Assembly: GCA_964639345.1 (NCBI GenBank)
Contig: CAZXDF010000014.1
Coordinates: 1-35,811, forward strand
Length of the DNA: 35,811 nt
Source: an uncultured candidatus Brocadiaceae bacterium
GTDB taxonomy: Bacteria; Planctomycetota; Brocadiia; SM23-32
Direction: 5' to 3'
The position numbers were made by a program, and so were the translations under genes. The notes beneath the pieces are model-generated. The model was given only the letters and a program-made list of their open reading frames with translations. It did not search any database and had not been told where the DNA came from. Position 1 is the stretch's first letter. Every line of letters begins with the position of its first letter. Shown piece after piece: positions 1-9,517 of this stretch.

Positions 1-22
1 GCAACTGATGGCGAAGTATGGC

Positions 23-1060
23 TCACTGGCCGCCCAGCTCTTCGTCCCAGCGCTTTCTCTGGCGCTCCTTGAGGGCGCGGCGGCTGGCGCGGCGCTTCTT
101 CTTTACGATCTGCTCTTCGGGCCGGTCGACGTCGCTCTCGCGCGGGGCTTCCGGCGCTTCGATGGACTCCAGGATGCTCACGTAGCTCTCGTACCGCATG
201 AGCGGAAGTTCGCCCCGCTCCAGCGCCGCCTTCACCGCGCAGCCGGGCTCGTGCGTGTGGGCGCAGTCGGGCAGCCGGCACTCGTGAGACAGGTCCCAGA
301 TCGCCGGGAAGAACTGCGCCACGTCCGAACGCTCGATGTCCCAGAGCGAGAACTCCCTGATGCCGGGTGTGTCGACCACGTAGCCGCCGCAGTCGAGCTT
401 CAGCAGCGATACCCGCTCGGTGCAGTGTCGCCCCTTCCAGACCCCAACGTCGCCCGTCTTGAGCTCGAGGCCCGGCTGGAGGGCGTTCAGGAGCGAGGAC
501 TTCCCCACGCCGCTGTGCCCGGCGAACACCGTGCTCTTGCCTGCGAGCAGGGCCCGGAGGTCCTCAATGCCCGCGCCGGCGACCGCGCTGGTGAGCACTA
601 CCGGGAAGTCAAGGCCGCGGTAGAGTTCCGCGATGTCTTCGTACTCAGCGTGAGCTTCGGCGAGGTCGATCTTGTTGATGCAGATGGCCGGCTCCAGGCC
701 GCCCGCATCCCCGGCGATGATGTAGCGGTCGATGATGCCGACGGTGAACGGCGGCTCGCGGACGGAGCAGACGATCAGGATCTGCTCGACGTTGGCGACT
801 ATGACGTGCTCTACGCGCCGGTCTTCCGCCCCGCCGCGCACGCGGGCGCGCGAGAGCCTGGTGCGGCGCGGCAGCACGCGGGTTACCACGCCCCGCGCGG
901 GGCCGGTGCGGTCGAACTCCACGTCATCGCCCACGGTCAGGGGCTTGCTCTCGCCGGTGTCGCTGTCGATCAGCCGGCGCCGCGCATCGCACTCGTACGC
1001 CCCCTGCTGCGTGTCGACGGTGCACTTCACGGACGTGATGGTAACGACTTTGCCCTTCAT
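23..1060 (-). CDS. rsgA: Ribosome small-subunit-dependent GTPase A (RsgA/YjeQ)
   Basis: 345-aa ORF. It has the circularly permuted GTPase motif order NKID (G4), then GHSGVGKSS (P-loop), then DTPG (G3), followed by the Zn-finger CRLPDCAHTHEPGC. There is a K/R-rich C-terminal tail. Stop is TGA. Confidence 0.9.
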   Translation of the reverse strand: MKGKVVTITSVKCTVDTQQGAYECDARRRLIDSDTGESKPLTVGDDVEFDRTGPARGVVTRVLPRRTRLSRARVRGGAEDRRVEHVIVANVEQILIVCSVREPPFTVGIIDRYIIAGDAGGLEPAICINKIDLAEAHAEYEDIAELYRGLDFPVVLTSAVAGAGIEDLRALLAGKSTVFAGHSGVGKSSLLNALQPGLELKTGDVGVWKGRHCTERVSLLKLDCGGYVVDTPGIREFSLWDIERSDVAQFFPAIWDLSHECRLPDCAHTHEPGCAVKAALERGELPLMRYESYVSILESIEAPEAPRESDVDRPEEQIVKKKRRASRRALKERQRKRWDEELGGQ

Positions 1061-1132
1061 GCCTCACGCCGTTAGAGGCGGACCATTCTCCAGAAAAGGA
1101 ACTGCCTCGGAGGTCCTTGCAGGCCGACCGAT

Positions 1133-1825
1133 CTAGCGCGGGCCGACCAGGCGGTGGACATCGCGCTCCCTCGCCTGGATGCGGCCCCAGCGCTGGAACA
1201 CGGCCGCCACCGACCATATCGCCAGCAGCCCGATACCCGCCCCGCACCACACGCGCACCGTCATCTGCCAGATGGATTCTAGGTTGCCGACGGCCCAAAG
1301 GATGTTGATGGCGAAATCCGCCGCAAGCAGCGCCACAAGCAGAACCCCCGCCATGCGGTTGCCGAACGGGACGAGCAAGCCCAGCCCGGTCAGGGCCAGC
1401 CCGCCGACCACCAGACATGAGGCGGGAAGGGCCGCCGCCTGCTGGATTGCCATGGGGTTGCCGGACAGGGCGAAAAGCCCCCCGAGGCCACACACCAACC
1501 CGTAGATGGCGGCGACAGGAGCCCCGACTCTGGCCGCTGCAGGCGGGCGAAACCGTACGCGCGGAAGGTACCTGGAGTAATAACGTTTGTAGAGCAGGAG
1601 GAGTATTATCGCGACGACGACCATTATCCCCATCGCGAACACCACCTCGTATCGTGCGAGCACCCGGATGACGTCATCGCGATCGATCTCCGGCACGAGC
1701 TGGTCGCCCTTCTCCGGCGGGCGGATGGTCTGGGCCGCCGCAACACCCGCCGCTGCGACCTCGGTCGCCAGCCAGACGAGCGCCGCGCCCGACCCTGCCA
1801 GGCAGGAAGCTGAATGTCTTTTCAT
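1133..1825 (-). CDS. Hypothetical multi-pass membrane protein with N-terminal signal-like segment
   Basis: 230-aa ORF with GC3-biased codons, a hydrophobic N-terminus (ALVWLATEVAAAGVAAA) and about 5 further hydrophobic helices. I recognise no family. Stop is TAG. Confidence 0.55.
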   Translation of the reverse strand: MKRHSASCLAGSGAALVWLATEVAAAGVAAAQTIRPPEKGDQLVPEIDRDDVIRVLARYEVVFAMGIMVVVAIILLLLYKRYYSRYLPRVRFRPPAAARVGAPVAAIYGLVCGLGGLFALSGNPMAIQQAAALPASCLVVGGLALTGLGLLVPFGNRMAGVLLVALLAADFAINILWAVGNLESIWQMTVRVWCGAGIGLLAIWSVAAVFQRWGRIQARERDVHRLVGPR

Positions 1826-1885
1826 CGTGTCTACACGTCCTTTTTTCTTTTCACCATATACCGAGTGCCGCGCGCGCTGACCCGC

Positions 1886-2944
1886 TCACGCCCGCGGACC
1901 CCGCGACTCCGCCGGCCGCGCCAGAGCGGCGAAAAGGTCGTCCAGGGCCAGCGTGATGTTGGCATTGCCGCCGATGCGGTCTATGGCATCCAGGACCCTG
2001 TCTGTGCAGTCGATCAATAAGTCCGCCGAACACCGCGCAGCGAACGCTTCGAGGGGTTCTCTAAGGGCGGTGTTGAACAGTTCCACCTCGTCCCCCGCCA
2101 CGGTGATGACGGCCGCATCGCGGTAGAGCAGGACGAGGCATTCCAGCAGTTCCTGGACGAGCGGCCTCGAAGGTCGACGCGATTCTTCGCCCCTGCCCGC
2201 CTGCTCGCAAAGCCGGTCCGTGAGCCGCATGACGCCCTCCGGCCCCAGCTCGAGGACGGCCTCGGCCAGCTCGCGGTTGAGGGCGGGCAGACCCATCTGG
2301 GCGAAAGCGCGGGCAAGCCCCGGGCTTCCCCAAGTCCTATGGGCCAGCCACCATGCGTCATCCTGCGACACGCCATCTCTGTTAAGGAATTCCCGCACCA
2401 AGGCCGCCGGCAGGCCGGCGAGCTTCACCACCTGGCAGCGGCTCACTATCGTCTCGGGCAGGTCCCACAGGCCGGCGGCGATCAGGATGAAGCACGCCCC
2501 GCCGGGCGGTTCTTCGAGGGTCTTCAGGAAGCAGTTGGCCGCCTCCGGAGTCATATTCTCGGCGTCGCGGATCACGAAGACGCGCCGCGCCGAGACGAGC
2601 GGCTTGAGGGCGGCCACGTCCTGAATGCCCGGGGCCTTTTCCGGTTTCTTGGGGTCCCGGCGGATCTGCTCCAGCTTGATCTTCTGGGCTCCCTCTTGCA
2701 CGCCCACCTCTTCGTAGTCCGGATGCGTGCCCGCGGCCAGGGCCCGGCAGCTTTCGCACCGGTCGCACTTGCCGGCCTCGCCCTCCCGGCACAGGAGCGC
2801 GGCGGCCAGCTCGCGCGCAAGGTCCAGCCGCCCCACACCCGCCGGCCCGACGAGGAGGTAGGCGTGGCTGGTTCTGCCGCAGCGCAACGCCGCCTCGAGT
2901 CGCGCCACCGCACGCTCCTGACCGGGAATACGCGTCAGCGCCAT
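1886..2944 (-). CDS. holB: DNA polymerase III delta-prime subunit (clamp loader)
   Basis: 352 aa. It has the AAA+ box 'HAYLLVGPAGVGRLDLARELAAALLC' and the Zn module 'CDRCESCRALAAGTHPDY', both typical of HolB. Confidence 0.85.
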   Translation of the reverse strand: MALTRIPGQERAVARLEAALRCGRTSHAYLLVGPAGVGRLDLARELAAALLCREGEAGKCDRCESCRALAAGTHPDYEEVGVQEGAQKIKLEQIRRDPKKPEKAPGIQDVAALKPLVSARRVFVIRDAENMTPEAANCFLKTLEEPPGGACFILIAAGLWDLPETIVSRCQVVKLAGLPAALVREFLNRDGVSQDDAWWLAHRTWGSPGLARAFAQMGLPALNRELAEAVLELGPEGVMRLTDRLCEQAGRGEESRRPSRPLVQELLECLVLLYRDAAVITVAGDEVELFNTALREPLEAFAARCSADLLIDCTDRVLDAIDRIGGNANITLALDDLFAALARPAESRGPRA

Positions 2945-2963
2945 CCGCCCGCGAGCCCTCCAG

Positions 2964-3203
2964 CTATCCTTCGATCACCACGATCCCCTGGCCGACCTTC
3001 ACCTTCTCGCCCTCCTGGGCCAGCAACTCCTTCACGGTGCCCGCCACGGGGCTCGGCACCGTAAAGGCCGCCTTGTCCGTTATCATCTCCAGCAGGTCGG
3101 CCCCGGCTTCGACCCCTTCGCCGGGCGCCACGTACCAGAAAGAAACCTCCGCCTCGTTGGGAGCGTCATCGCCCAACGGAGGCAGTTCCACCCTGTGCTC
3201 CAT
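2964..3203 (-). CDS. Stand-alone lipoyl/biotinyl-attachment domain protein (lipoyl carrier)
   Basis: 79 aa, a single domain. 'GADLLEMITDKAAFTVPSPVAGTVKEL' has the modifiable Lys in the usual hairpin context. It lies directly downstream of lipA. Stop is TAG. Confidence 0.8.
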   Translation of the reverse strand: MEHRVELPPLGDDAPNEAEVSFWYVAPGEGVEAGADLLEMITDKAAFTVPSPVAGTVKELLAQEGEKVKVGQGIVVIEG

Positions 3204-3226
3204 CTGTTCCTCCTCGTGCCTGGTGC

Positions 3227-4105
3227 TTACTCAGATCGTCCTCGCGCCGCCAGCATCTCGGCCGTCATCCTGCCGGCCTGATAGCTGCTGCGCGCAAACG
3301 GCCGACTGGCCACGCCCTCGAAACCCATCTTGCGGGCGGCCTGCTCATAGCGCGCGAACTGGGTCGGCTGGATGAACTCCACGACCGGATGGTGCCGCGG
3401 CGAAGGCTGCAGGTACTGGCCCAGCGTCACCGCCGCGCACCCGACCCGGCGCAGGTCCGCCAGCACGCCCATTACCTCCTCCTGCGACTCGCCCAGCCCG
3501 AGCATCATGCCGCTCTTGCCGATCGGCCCGCCGGCCGCCACGCGCTCCAGCAGGCCGAGCGAGCGGGCGTAATCGGCTCCGGGCCGCACCTCGGCGTAGA
3601 GCCGGGGCACTGTCTCGACGTTATGATTGTATACTTCCGGCCCGGCCGATGCCACCCTGTCGATGTCCTCGGGGCGGCCCAGGAAGTCCGGCGTCAGCAC
3701 CTCGACGGTGGAGCCGCAGCATTCGTGAACGGCCCGCACTGTGCGCGCGAACTGCTCGCTGCCGCCGTCGGGCAGGTCGTCGCGCGTCACGCTCGTGACC
3801 ACCACGTGCCGCAGCCCCAGTCGGTGGGCGGCCTCTGCCACCCGCCCCGGCTCCTCGGGGTCGGGCGCTACGGGCGATCCCTTTTCCACGGCGCAGAACG
3901 TGCACCGGCGCGTGCACTGCCGGCCCAGTATCATAAACGTCGCCGTCCCGCGCGCGAAGCACTCGCACATGTTCGGGCAGTGGGCTTCCTGGCACACGGT
4001 GGCGAGGTCCAACTCGCGCAGGGTCCGCAGCACGGGCTCCGCCACGCCCCGGTCCCCGACCCTTTTCTTGATCCACGGGGGGAACTTCTTAGCGCTTGCC
4101 TTCAT
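3227..4105 (-). CDS. lipA: Lipoyl synthase (radical SAM)
   Basis: I trimmed the track ORF 3227..4462 to the ATG at 4105 (MKASAKKFPPWIKKR). It has the auxiliary cluster motif 'CQEAHCPNMCEC' and the radical-SAM motif 'CTRRCTFC'. The start forms an ATGA 4-nt overlap with the lipB stop. Confidence 0.9.
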   Translation of the reverse strand: MKASAKKFPPWIKKRVGDRGVAEPVLRTLRELDLATVCQEAHCPNMCECFARGTATFMILGRQCTRRCTFCAVEKGSPVAPDPEEPGRVAEAAHRLGLRHVVVTSVTRDDLPDGGSEQFARTVRAVHECCGSTVEVLTPDFLGRPEDIDRVASAGPEVYNHNVETVPRLYAEVRPGADYARSLGLLERVAAGGPIGKSGMMLGLGESQEEVMGVLADLRRVGCAAVTLGQYLQPSPRHHPVVEFIQPTQFARYEQAARKMGFEGVASRPFARSSYQAGRMTAEMLAARGRSE

Positions 4106-4815
4106 GCGATCCCCGCCTCCGCGCGAGCTTGCTGAACGATCCCTGCGAACCCGAACTCCTCGGCGAACAGCGCCGCCGCCCGCTCCGCGACCTGGGCGAA
4201 CTCCGGCGCGCAACCCGCGGCCTCCCCCGAACGAAGAAGCTCCGCCATGGAGGTCATTCGCACGCCCTCCAGCCCGCACGGGACGATCAGCTCGAACAGT
4301 TCCAGGTCCGTGCTCACGTTCAGGGCCACGCCGTGGTAGGCGACCCAGCGCCGCACGGCGATGCCGATTGACGCGATCTTTCCGCCGCCCGCCCACACGC
4401 CGGTGCGCGACGCCTCGACGCCGGCCCGGATTCCATAGCCTTCCAACAGGCGGATCAGCCACGCCTCCAGCTCGCGCAGGTAGCGGTGCAGGTCGCTGCC
4501 CCGGGCCTTGAGGTCGATGACCGGATACGCGACGAGCTGGCCGGGCGCGTGCAGGGTCGCCTTGCCGCCCCGGTTGGTCCTTACCACCTCGATGCCCCCC
4601 CTGCGCAGCAGCTCGCCGTCGGCCAGGACCTGGGCCTCGCTGCCGGACCGGCCGATGGTGATGATCGCAGGATGCTCGACGAGGACGAGAAAATTCTCGC
4701 CGCCCTCGGAGACCAGCACGCGCTCGACCAGCCGCTTTTGCAGCGCGAAGGCCTCGTCGTACGCCATGCGCGCCGGGCCGATGACGGTCAGCATCCTCCG
4801 GGCCGGGCCGTTCAT
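4102..4815 (-). CDS. lipB: Octanoyltransferase LipB
   Basis: I trimmed the track ORF to the ATG at 4815, which has GGAAGG 6 nt upstream. Motifs are 'NRGGKATLHAPGQLVAYPVIDL', 'KIASIGIAV' and 'IVPCGLEG'. The ATG at 4794 is an alternative start. Confidence 0.85.
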   Translation of the reverse strand: MNGPARRMLTVIGPARMAYDEAFALQKRLVERVLVSEGGENFLVLVEHPAIITIGRSGSEAQVLADGELLRRGGIEVVRTNRGGKATLHAPGQLVAYPVIDLKARGSDLHRYLRELEAWLIRLLEGYGIRAGVEASRTGVWAGGGKIASIGIAVRRWVAYHGVALNVSTDLELFELIVPCGLEGVRMTSMAELLRSGEAAGCAPEFAQVAERAAALFAEEFGFAGIVQQARAEAGIA

Positions 4816-5094
4816 GTGCGCCTTCCGTTCCACATTATTGGACCCCGTGCAAGTAATGTCCGGGTCAGCCAGATCCACAGCGGGGTGCCACGGACCAAGC
4901 CGCCAGGCTTGTCCGTGCCTCACTATAAGCACTCTCGCCGGCGCAGGAGCACGGGCAAGGCTTCGCCTTCGCCCGTGGCACCCAGGAAGTTACTTATCCC
5001 GGTCGCAATCGTTCCCGTGGTTGCCCTGGCACTCGATTCCTGCCATGGCCGAGGACGACGACGAGAACGAGCGCGATTACGGTAGCGCGCACTC

Positions 5095-6498
5095 TCACCC
5101 CATCCAGTCGATCGGCATTCCGAGGATGCCTTCGGCGGCCTCGCGCATGCTCTCGGGCATGGTCGGGTGGGCGTGGATCGTCTCCGCAAGCTCCTCGGCC
5201 GTCATTTCCAGTTGCATGGCGAGGGCCGCCTCGGCTATGAGGTTGCTCGCCTCGGCGCTGGCAATCTGCACGCCGAGGACCTCGCCCGAATCGCCGTCGC
5301 AGACCAGCTTCACGAACCCTTCGGTCATGTCGCTCACGTGGGCCATTCCGAGCGCGCGCATCGGGAACTTCTTCACGGTCACATCGCCGACGGCCTCACG
5401 CGCCTCTTCTTCGGTCATGCCGACCACGCCGATCTGCGGGAACGTGAACGCGCAGGCCGGCACCACCCGGTAGCTCACCTCAGCGCTGATATTGCCGGTG
5501 GCGTGAGCGGCCGCCGCAAGGCCCTCGTGGCTCGCGACGTGGGCCAGAAGGATGCCGCCCGCGACGTCGCCGATGGCGTAGATGTGAGGCACGGAGGTTT
5601 GCATGTGCCCGTTGACCACGATCTCGCCGCGTTCGCCCGTCTTGATGCCGATCCCTTCGATGCCCAGCCCTTGCCACATGGGGCGCCGCCCGACGCATAT
5701 CAGCGCCTTCTCGGCCTGTACCCGCTTGCCGCCGGAGAGCGAGGCCACCACGCCGCCGTCCCCTTTCTCGATCCCCTCGAGGGTCGTGCCGGTGAGCAGC
5801 TTGGCTCCGGCCTTCTTGAGCTCGCGCGTGACCTCGCGGCTGCAATCGGCATCCATCTCAGGCAGCAGGCGGTCCTTGAGTTCCACGACCGTCAGATCGA
5901 CGCCGAAGGCCGAGAAGATGCTGGCGAACTCGCACCCGATGTAGCCGCCGCCCACGATTATCAGCGAGGCGGGAAGCTCCTTCAGACCGAGCGCGCCCCG
6001 GCTGCTGATGATGGCCTCTTCGTCGAACGGGGCCACGGGGAGTTCCATCGGCATCGACCCGGTCGCGATCATCACCTTCTCGGCTGTGACCGAAACCCTT
6101 TCGCTCCCGCCCCCGCCATCGACCGCAATCGTATGGGCGTCCTCGAAGGCTGCCGCGCCGCGGATGACCTCGACCTGGTTCGCGCCCAGCAGGGATTCGA
6201 TGCCGCCGCGGAGCTTCTTCGTGACGGCATCGCGGCACTCGACGAGCCGCGCGTAATCCAGCTCCACGCCGCCCAGCCGCACGCCCAGCTCGCCCGCCTT
6301 CCGGGCCTCGCGCATGAAGCGCGCCGCGTGGACCAGGACCTTCGTCGGAATGCATCCGACGTTCGTGCAGACGCCGCCGAGGTGCTCCCTTTCCACGCAG
6401 GCCGCCCTGGCCCCGAGCTGCGAGGCGCGGATGGCGGCCGCGTAGCCGCCCGGGCCGCCGCCGATCACGACCACGTCATAGTCGTATGACTTCCCCAT
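5095..6498 (-). CDS. lpdA: Dihydrolipoyl dehydrogenase (E3)
   Basis: 467 aa. It has the FAD fold 'VVVIGGGPGGYAAAI', the redox disulfide 'GGVCTNVGCIPTK' and the C-terminal 'HAHPTMPE'. Confidence 0.9.
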   Translation of the reverse strand: MGKSYDYDVVVIGGGPGGYAAAIRASQLGARAACVEREHLGGVCTNVGCIPTKVLVHAARFMREARKAGELGVRLGGVELDYARLVECRDAVTKKLRGGIESLLGANQVEVIRGAAAFEDAHTIAVDGGGGSERVSVTAEKVMIATGSMPMELPVAPFDEEAIISSRGALGLKELPASLIIVGGGYIGCEFASIFSAFGVDLTVVELKDRLLPEMDADCSREVTRELKKAGAKLLTGTTLEGIEKGDGGVVASLSGGKRVQAEKALICVGRRPMWQGLGIEGIGIKTGERGEIVVNGHMQTSVPHIYAIGDVAGGILLAHVASHEGLAAAAHATGNISAEVSYRVVPACAFTFPQIGVVGMTEEEAREAVGDVTVKKFPMRALGMAHVSDMTEGFVKLVCDGDSGEVLGVQIASAEASNLIAEAALAMQLEMTAEELAETIHAHPTMPESMREAAEGILGMPIDWMG

Positions 6499-6751
6499 GA
6501 ATGAGTCTTCCTCTCACCGATGCGAGGCTCCGGGCAAACCCCGTAATGCCAGTGTGCGCCCGGAACCCCTATTCTACACGGGCCGGGGGGCCAAGCGCCA
6601 CACTGGACGGCCGCGTGCGCCACGTGCGAGGCTCATGCCGCAAGGTTCTCTGGGCCACCGGGATTTGGCCGCCGGCCGTTTCTCTGCTATGATTAGGTCT
6701 ACGGAAGAAGCCTCATTTGTGTACACGACTCGAGATTCGGGAGGGGAAAGA

Positions 6752-7255
6752 ATGAGCCAGACCGATGAGAACCTGAAAGCGGCATTCGCGGGTGAAAGCC
6801 AGGCCAACCGCAAGTATCTCGCCTTCAGCAAGAAGGCCGACGCGGACAAGCTCCCCGGAATAGCCAGGCTCTTTCGGGCCGCCGCGGCGGCGGAGACCAT
6901 CCACGCCCACAACCACCTGGACGTGATGGGCGGGGTGAAGAGCACGAAGGAAAACCTGGAGGCGGCCGCCGCGGGCGAAGCGGCTGAGTTCGAGGAGATG
7001 TACCCGGAGTTCCTCGAGCAGGCCGAGAAGGACGGTGACAATGGCGCGCGCGAGTCCTTCGACTACGCCAACCAAGTGGAGGAGATCCACCACCGGCTCT
7101 ACCAGGAGGCCGGCCGGACGCTCGCGGCAGGCGACGATCTGCCCGAGAACAAGATGAACGTCTGCCCGGTATGCGGCAATACTGTCGTTGGCGCGGCGCC
7201 CGAGAGCTGCCCGATTTGCAGCACGCCCAAGTCCCGTTTCATCCTGATCGAGTAG
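6752..7255 (+). CDS. rbr: Rubrerythrin
   Basis: I trimmed the track ORF to the ATG at 6752, which has GGGAGGGG upstream. Diiron ferritin-like helices are present ('FAGESQANRKY', 'AAAETIHAHNH', 'AEFEEMYPEF', 'VEEIHHRLY'). The C-terminal rubredoxin-like pair is CPVCG...CPIC. Stop is TAG. Confidence 0.9.
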   Translation: MSQTDENLKAAFAGESQANRKYLAFSKKADADKLPGIARLFRAAAAAETIHAHNHLDVMGGVKSTKENLEAAAAGEAAEFEEMYPEFLEQAEKDGDNGARESFDYANQVEEIHHRLYQEAGRTLAAGDDLPENKMNVCPVCGNTVVGAAPESCPICSTPKSRFILIE

Positions 7256-7340
7256 GCCCGCGCAGGCACAACGTGGCGCCGTCGGCCAGGGCTGCCCGGG
7301 GAGGGTGACGCCCCGACCGGGTTGGGGGATTCGTGATCCC

Positions 7341-8915
7341 ATGCGAACTGCCGTCGTGATCGTGTGCCTTGCCGCCGTGCTGGCCGGCGCCGTGCGGTGC
7401 TGGGGCATCAGCGGCAAGAGCACGGTCGGTGAAGCCGCCGCCATCAGCTACCTCTGCGCCGCCGGCAACCAGGCGCAGTGGGAGAAGATCAAGCGTGGCG
7501 CGCCGCCGTTCGGCCGGTGGGTCGAGGCAAGGGAGTGGAAGGGCTTGCTGCGGACCGAGCGGCCCTTTATCTTCCGCACGATCTCGCGCTCACTCTCCAG
7601 TTACGACATCCACCCGCCGCTTTACTTCTGGCTGCTGAACGTGTGGGCGTGGCTGTGGGGCACGGGCCCGTGGACCGGCACGAGCCTCAACATCCTCTTC
7701 GCCATGGCTACGACGCTCCTCGTGTTCGGCCTTGCCCGGACGGTGCTGGGCGATCCCTTTGAGGCCGGCGTGGTGGCTTTCCTGTGGGCCCTGAGCCCGA
7801 CCGTCCTGCGGGTGTCGTTTCAGGCGCGGCAGTACGACCTGCTGGCCCTCTGCACGGTGGCCTTCGTCTGGCAGGCGGTTCGGTACGCCGACGCCTCCCG
7901 GCGCCTGCGCTGGTGGGACCATGCCCTGCTGGCGACCGGCGCCGCAGCCGGCGCGCTGACGCACTACCATTTCGCGCTCGTGGTCGCGAGCGCCGTCGTC
8001 TACGTGTTCGCTCGCCTGGTCCGCAGCGACCGGCGGCGGCTTGCGGCGGCCCTATGCTGCATGGCGGGCGGTCTTCTGCTTTTTGCCGTGTTGCATCCGG
8101 GCTTCATCGAATCCGTCGGGCATATCGAGAAGCATAATGTCGCATGGAGCCTTGAGCAGTTCAACTTCAGGCTCGGGAAGAGCGCACGGGCGCTGGCCGC
8201 GTTCTTCGTCCTGGGGCGCAAGGCGCTGGCGATCCTGACGGCTCTGCTGGCGGCACTGGCGGTGTGTGCGGCGGTCTCCTGGCGCCGGAGCGGCAGGACT
8301 CTCCGGGCCTACCTGCGGGGTGTCGAGTGGCGCGGCGCGTCGGTGCTCTGGTTCTTCGCCTCCATCGCCGGCGCGGTGATCCTTCTCTACCTCATGTCCA
8401 AGAGCCCCAGGCACGCCATGGGGGCGAAGTACCTTGCCGCCGCGTGGCCGTTCCTCGCTTTCGTTCCCGTGCTCTTGCTGAGGCCCTGCGGCCCCCGGGC
8501 ACGCAAGGCGCTGGGGATCGCCTGGTGCGGCGCGATGCTGCTGTTCGGCGTGATGCATGCCTACGACTGCATCGAGACCCTCAGCGGTCACCCAGACCCT
8601 ATGGCGCACATCCGCGCCGCCCGGCGGATCGTCATCGACCACGTCCACCGCAGCAACCTGCCCCAGATCATCTGGCACATCCCGGACGATACGCTGATCT
8701 ACGCAGCCACCCAGAAGCACATGCTCGAGCATCCCGCCGAGTGGCTGGGGCATCTCGACGGCCGGTGCATGTTCATTGGCTCCCTCAAGTACGGGAACCG
8801 CGAGGACGCGCGCGCGCAACTGCTGGGGCTGCTCCGGGAGGGGCACGAGGTCACGCATGTGAAGGGCGGCGTGTTCGGCATCGGTGACATCTTCCTGTTG
8901 GAGGACGCTCCGTGA
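7341..8915 (+). CDS. GT-C fold membrane glycosyltransferase (ArnT/PMT, family 39/83-like)
   Basis: About 524 aa counted from the ATG at 7341, with many TM helices. '[21 protein letters not shown]' matches the periplasmic-loop motif of ArnT/PMT_2-type enzymes. The exact start is uncertain. Confidence 0.7.
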   Translation: MRTAVVIVCLAAVLAGAVRCWGISGKSTVGEAAAISYLCAAGNQAQWEKIKRGAPPFGRWVEAREWKGLLRTERPFIFRTISRSLSSYDIHPPLYFWLLNVWAWLWGTGPWTGTSLNILFAMATTLLVFGLARTVLGDPFEAGVVAFLWALSPTVLRVSFQARQYDLLALCTVAFVWQAVRYADASRRLRWWDHALLATGAAAGALTHYHFALVVASAVVYVFARLVRSDRRRLAAALCCMAGGLLLFAVLHPGFIESVGHIEKHNVAWSLEQFNFRLGKSARALAAFFVLGRKALAILTALLAALAVCAAVSWRRSGRTLRAYLRGVEWRGASVLWFFASIAGAVILLYLMSKSPRHAMGAKYLAAAWPFLAFVPVLLLRPCGPRARKALGIAWCGAMLLFGVMHAYDCIETLSGHPDPMAHIRAARRIVIDHVHRSNLPQIIWHIPDDTLIYAATQKHMLEHPAEWLGHLDGRCMFIGSLKYGNREDARAQLLGLLREGHEVTHVKGGVFGIGDIFLLEDAP

Positions 8916-8941
8916 TACGGATCCCTGACTCCGGTCCCGGC

Positions 8942-9496
8942 ATGAAGGCCGAGATGTCGGGCGGCGCGATCGAACTCGTGCAGGGGGACATTACCCTGCA
9001 CGAGGTGGACGCGATCGTGAACGCCGCCAACAGCGGCCTTCGCGGCGGCGGCGGGGTGGACGGGGCGATTCATCGCGCCGGGGGGCCGGAGATCATGCGG
9101 GAGTGCCGCCGCATCGGCGGCTGCCCCACAGGGAGCGCGGTCATCACGGGCGCCGGGAGGCTGCCCGCGCGGCACGTCATTCACGCCGTGGGCCCCGTCT
9201 ACCGGGGCGGCGCCTCCGGTGAGGGTGAACTGCTCGCCGGCGCCTACCGCGCCAGCCTCGGGCTCGTCGCTCAGCACGGCCTCAGATCGGTGGCCTTCCC
9301 CTCGATCAGCACGGGCGTCTACGGCTACCCGATACGGGACGCATCGCGTATCGCCCTTCGGACCGTCATCGATTACCTGCGAGACAACCCGGGCGTGCTC
9401 GACCTCGTGCGCTTCCTGCTCTTCAGCGCGGGAGACTACGAGGTCTACGCGGACGCCCTCCGCGAGCTGGCTCCGAACGAGGCGCCCCCGCCCTGA
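8942..9496 (+). CDS. Macro-domain protein (YmdB-like O-acetyl-ADP-ribose deacetylase)
   Basis: '[39 protein letters not shown]' and '[15 protein letters not shown]' are canonical macro-domain motifs. An alternative GTG start at 8912 would overlap the upstream stop as GTGA. Confidence 0.85.
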   Translation: MKAEMSGGAIELVQGDITLHEVDAIVNAANSGLRGGGGVDGAIHRAGGPEIMRECRRIGGCPTGSAVITGAGRLPARHVIHAVGPVYRGGASGEGELLAGAYRASLGLVAQHGLRSVAFPSISTGVYGYPIRDASRIALRTVIDYLRDNPGVLDLVRFLLFSAGDYEVYADALRELAPNEAPPP

Positions 9497-9517
9497 AGGC
9501 GCCCCGGTCATTCCCCG

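Noticed and set aside
3227-4462. Long N-terminal extensions in the ORF track for lipA (to 4462), rbr (from 6497), porA (from 13626), the ICMT-like gene (to 10675), hisD (from 22078), icd (from 32938) and lipB (to 4932)
   Set aside because: The extensions are Arg/Pro-rich, overlap neighbouring genes or intergenic DNA, and precede internal ATG/GTG codons. Those internal codons have SD-like motifs and give N-termini matching the known families.
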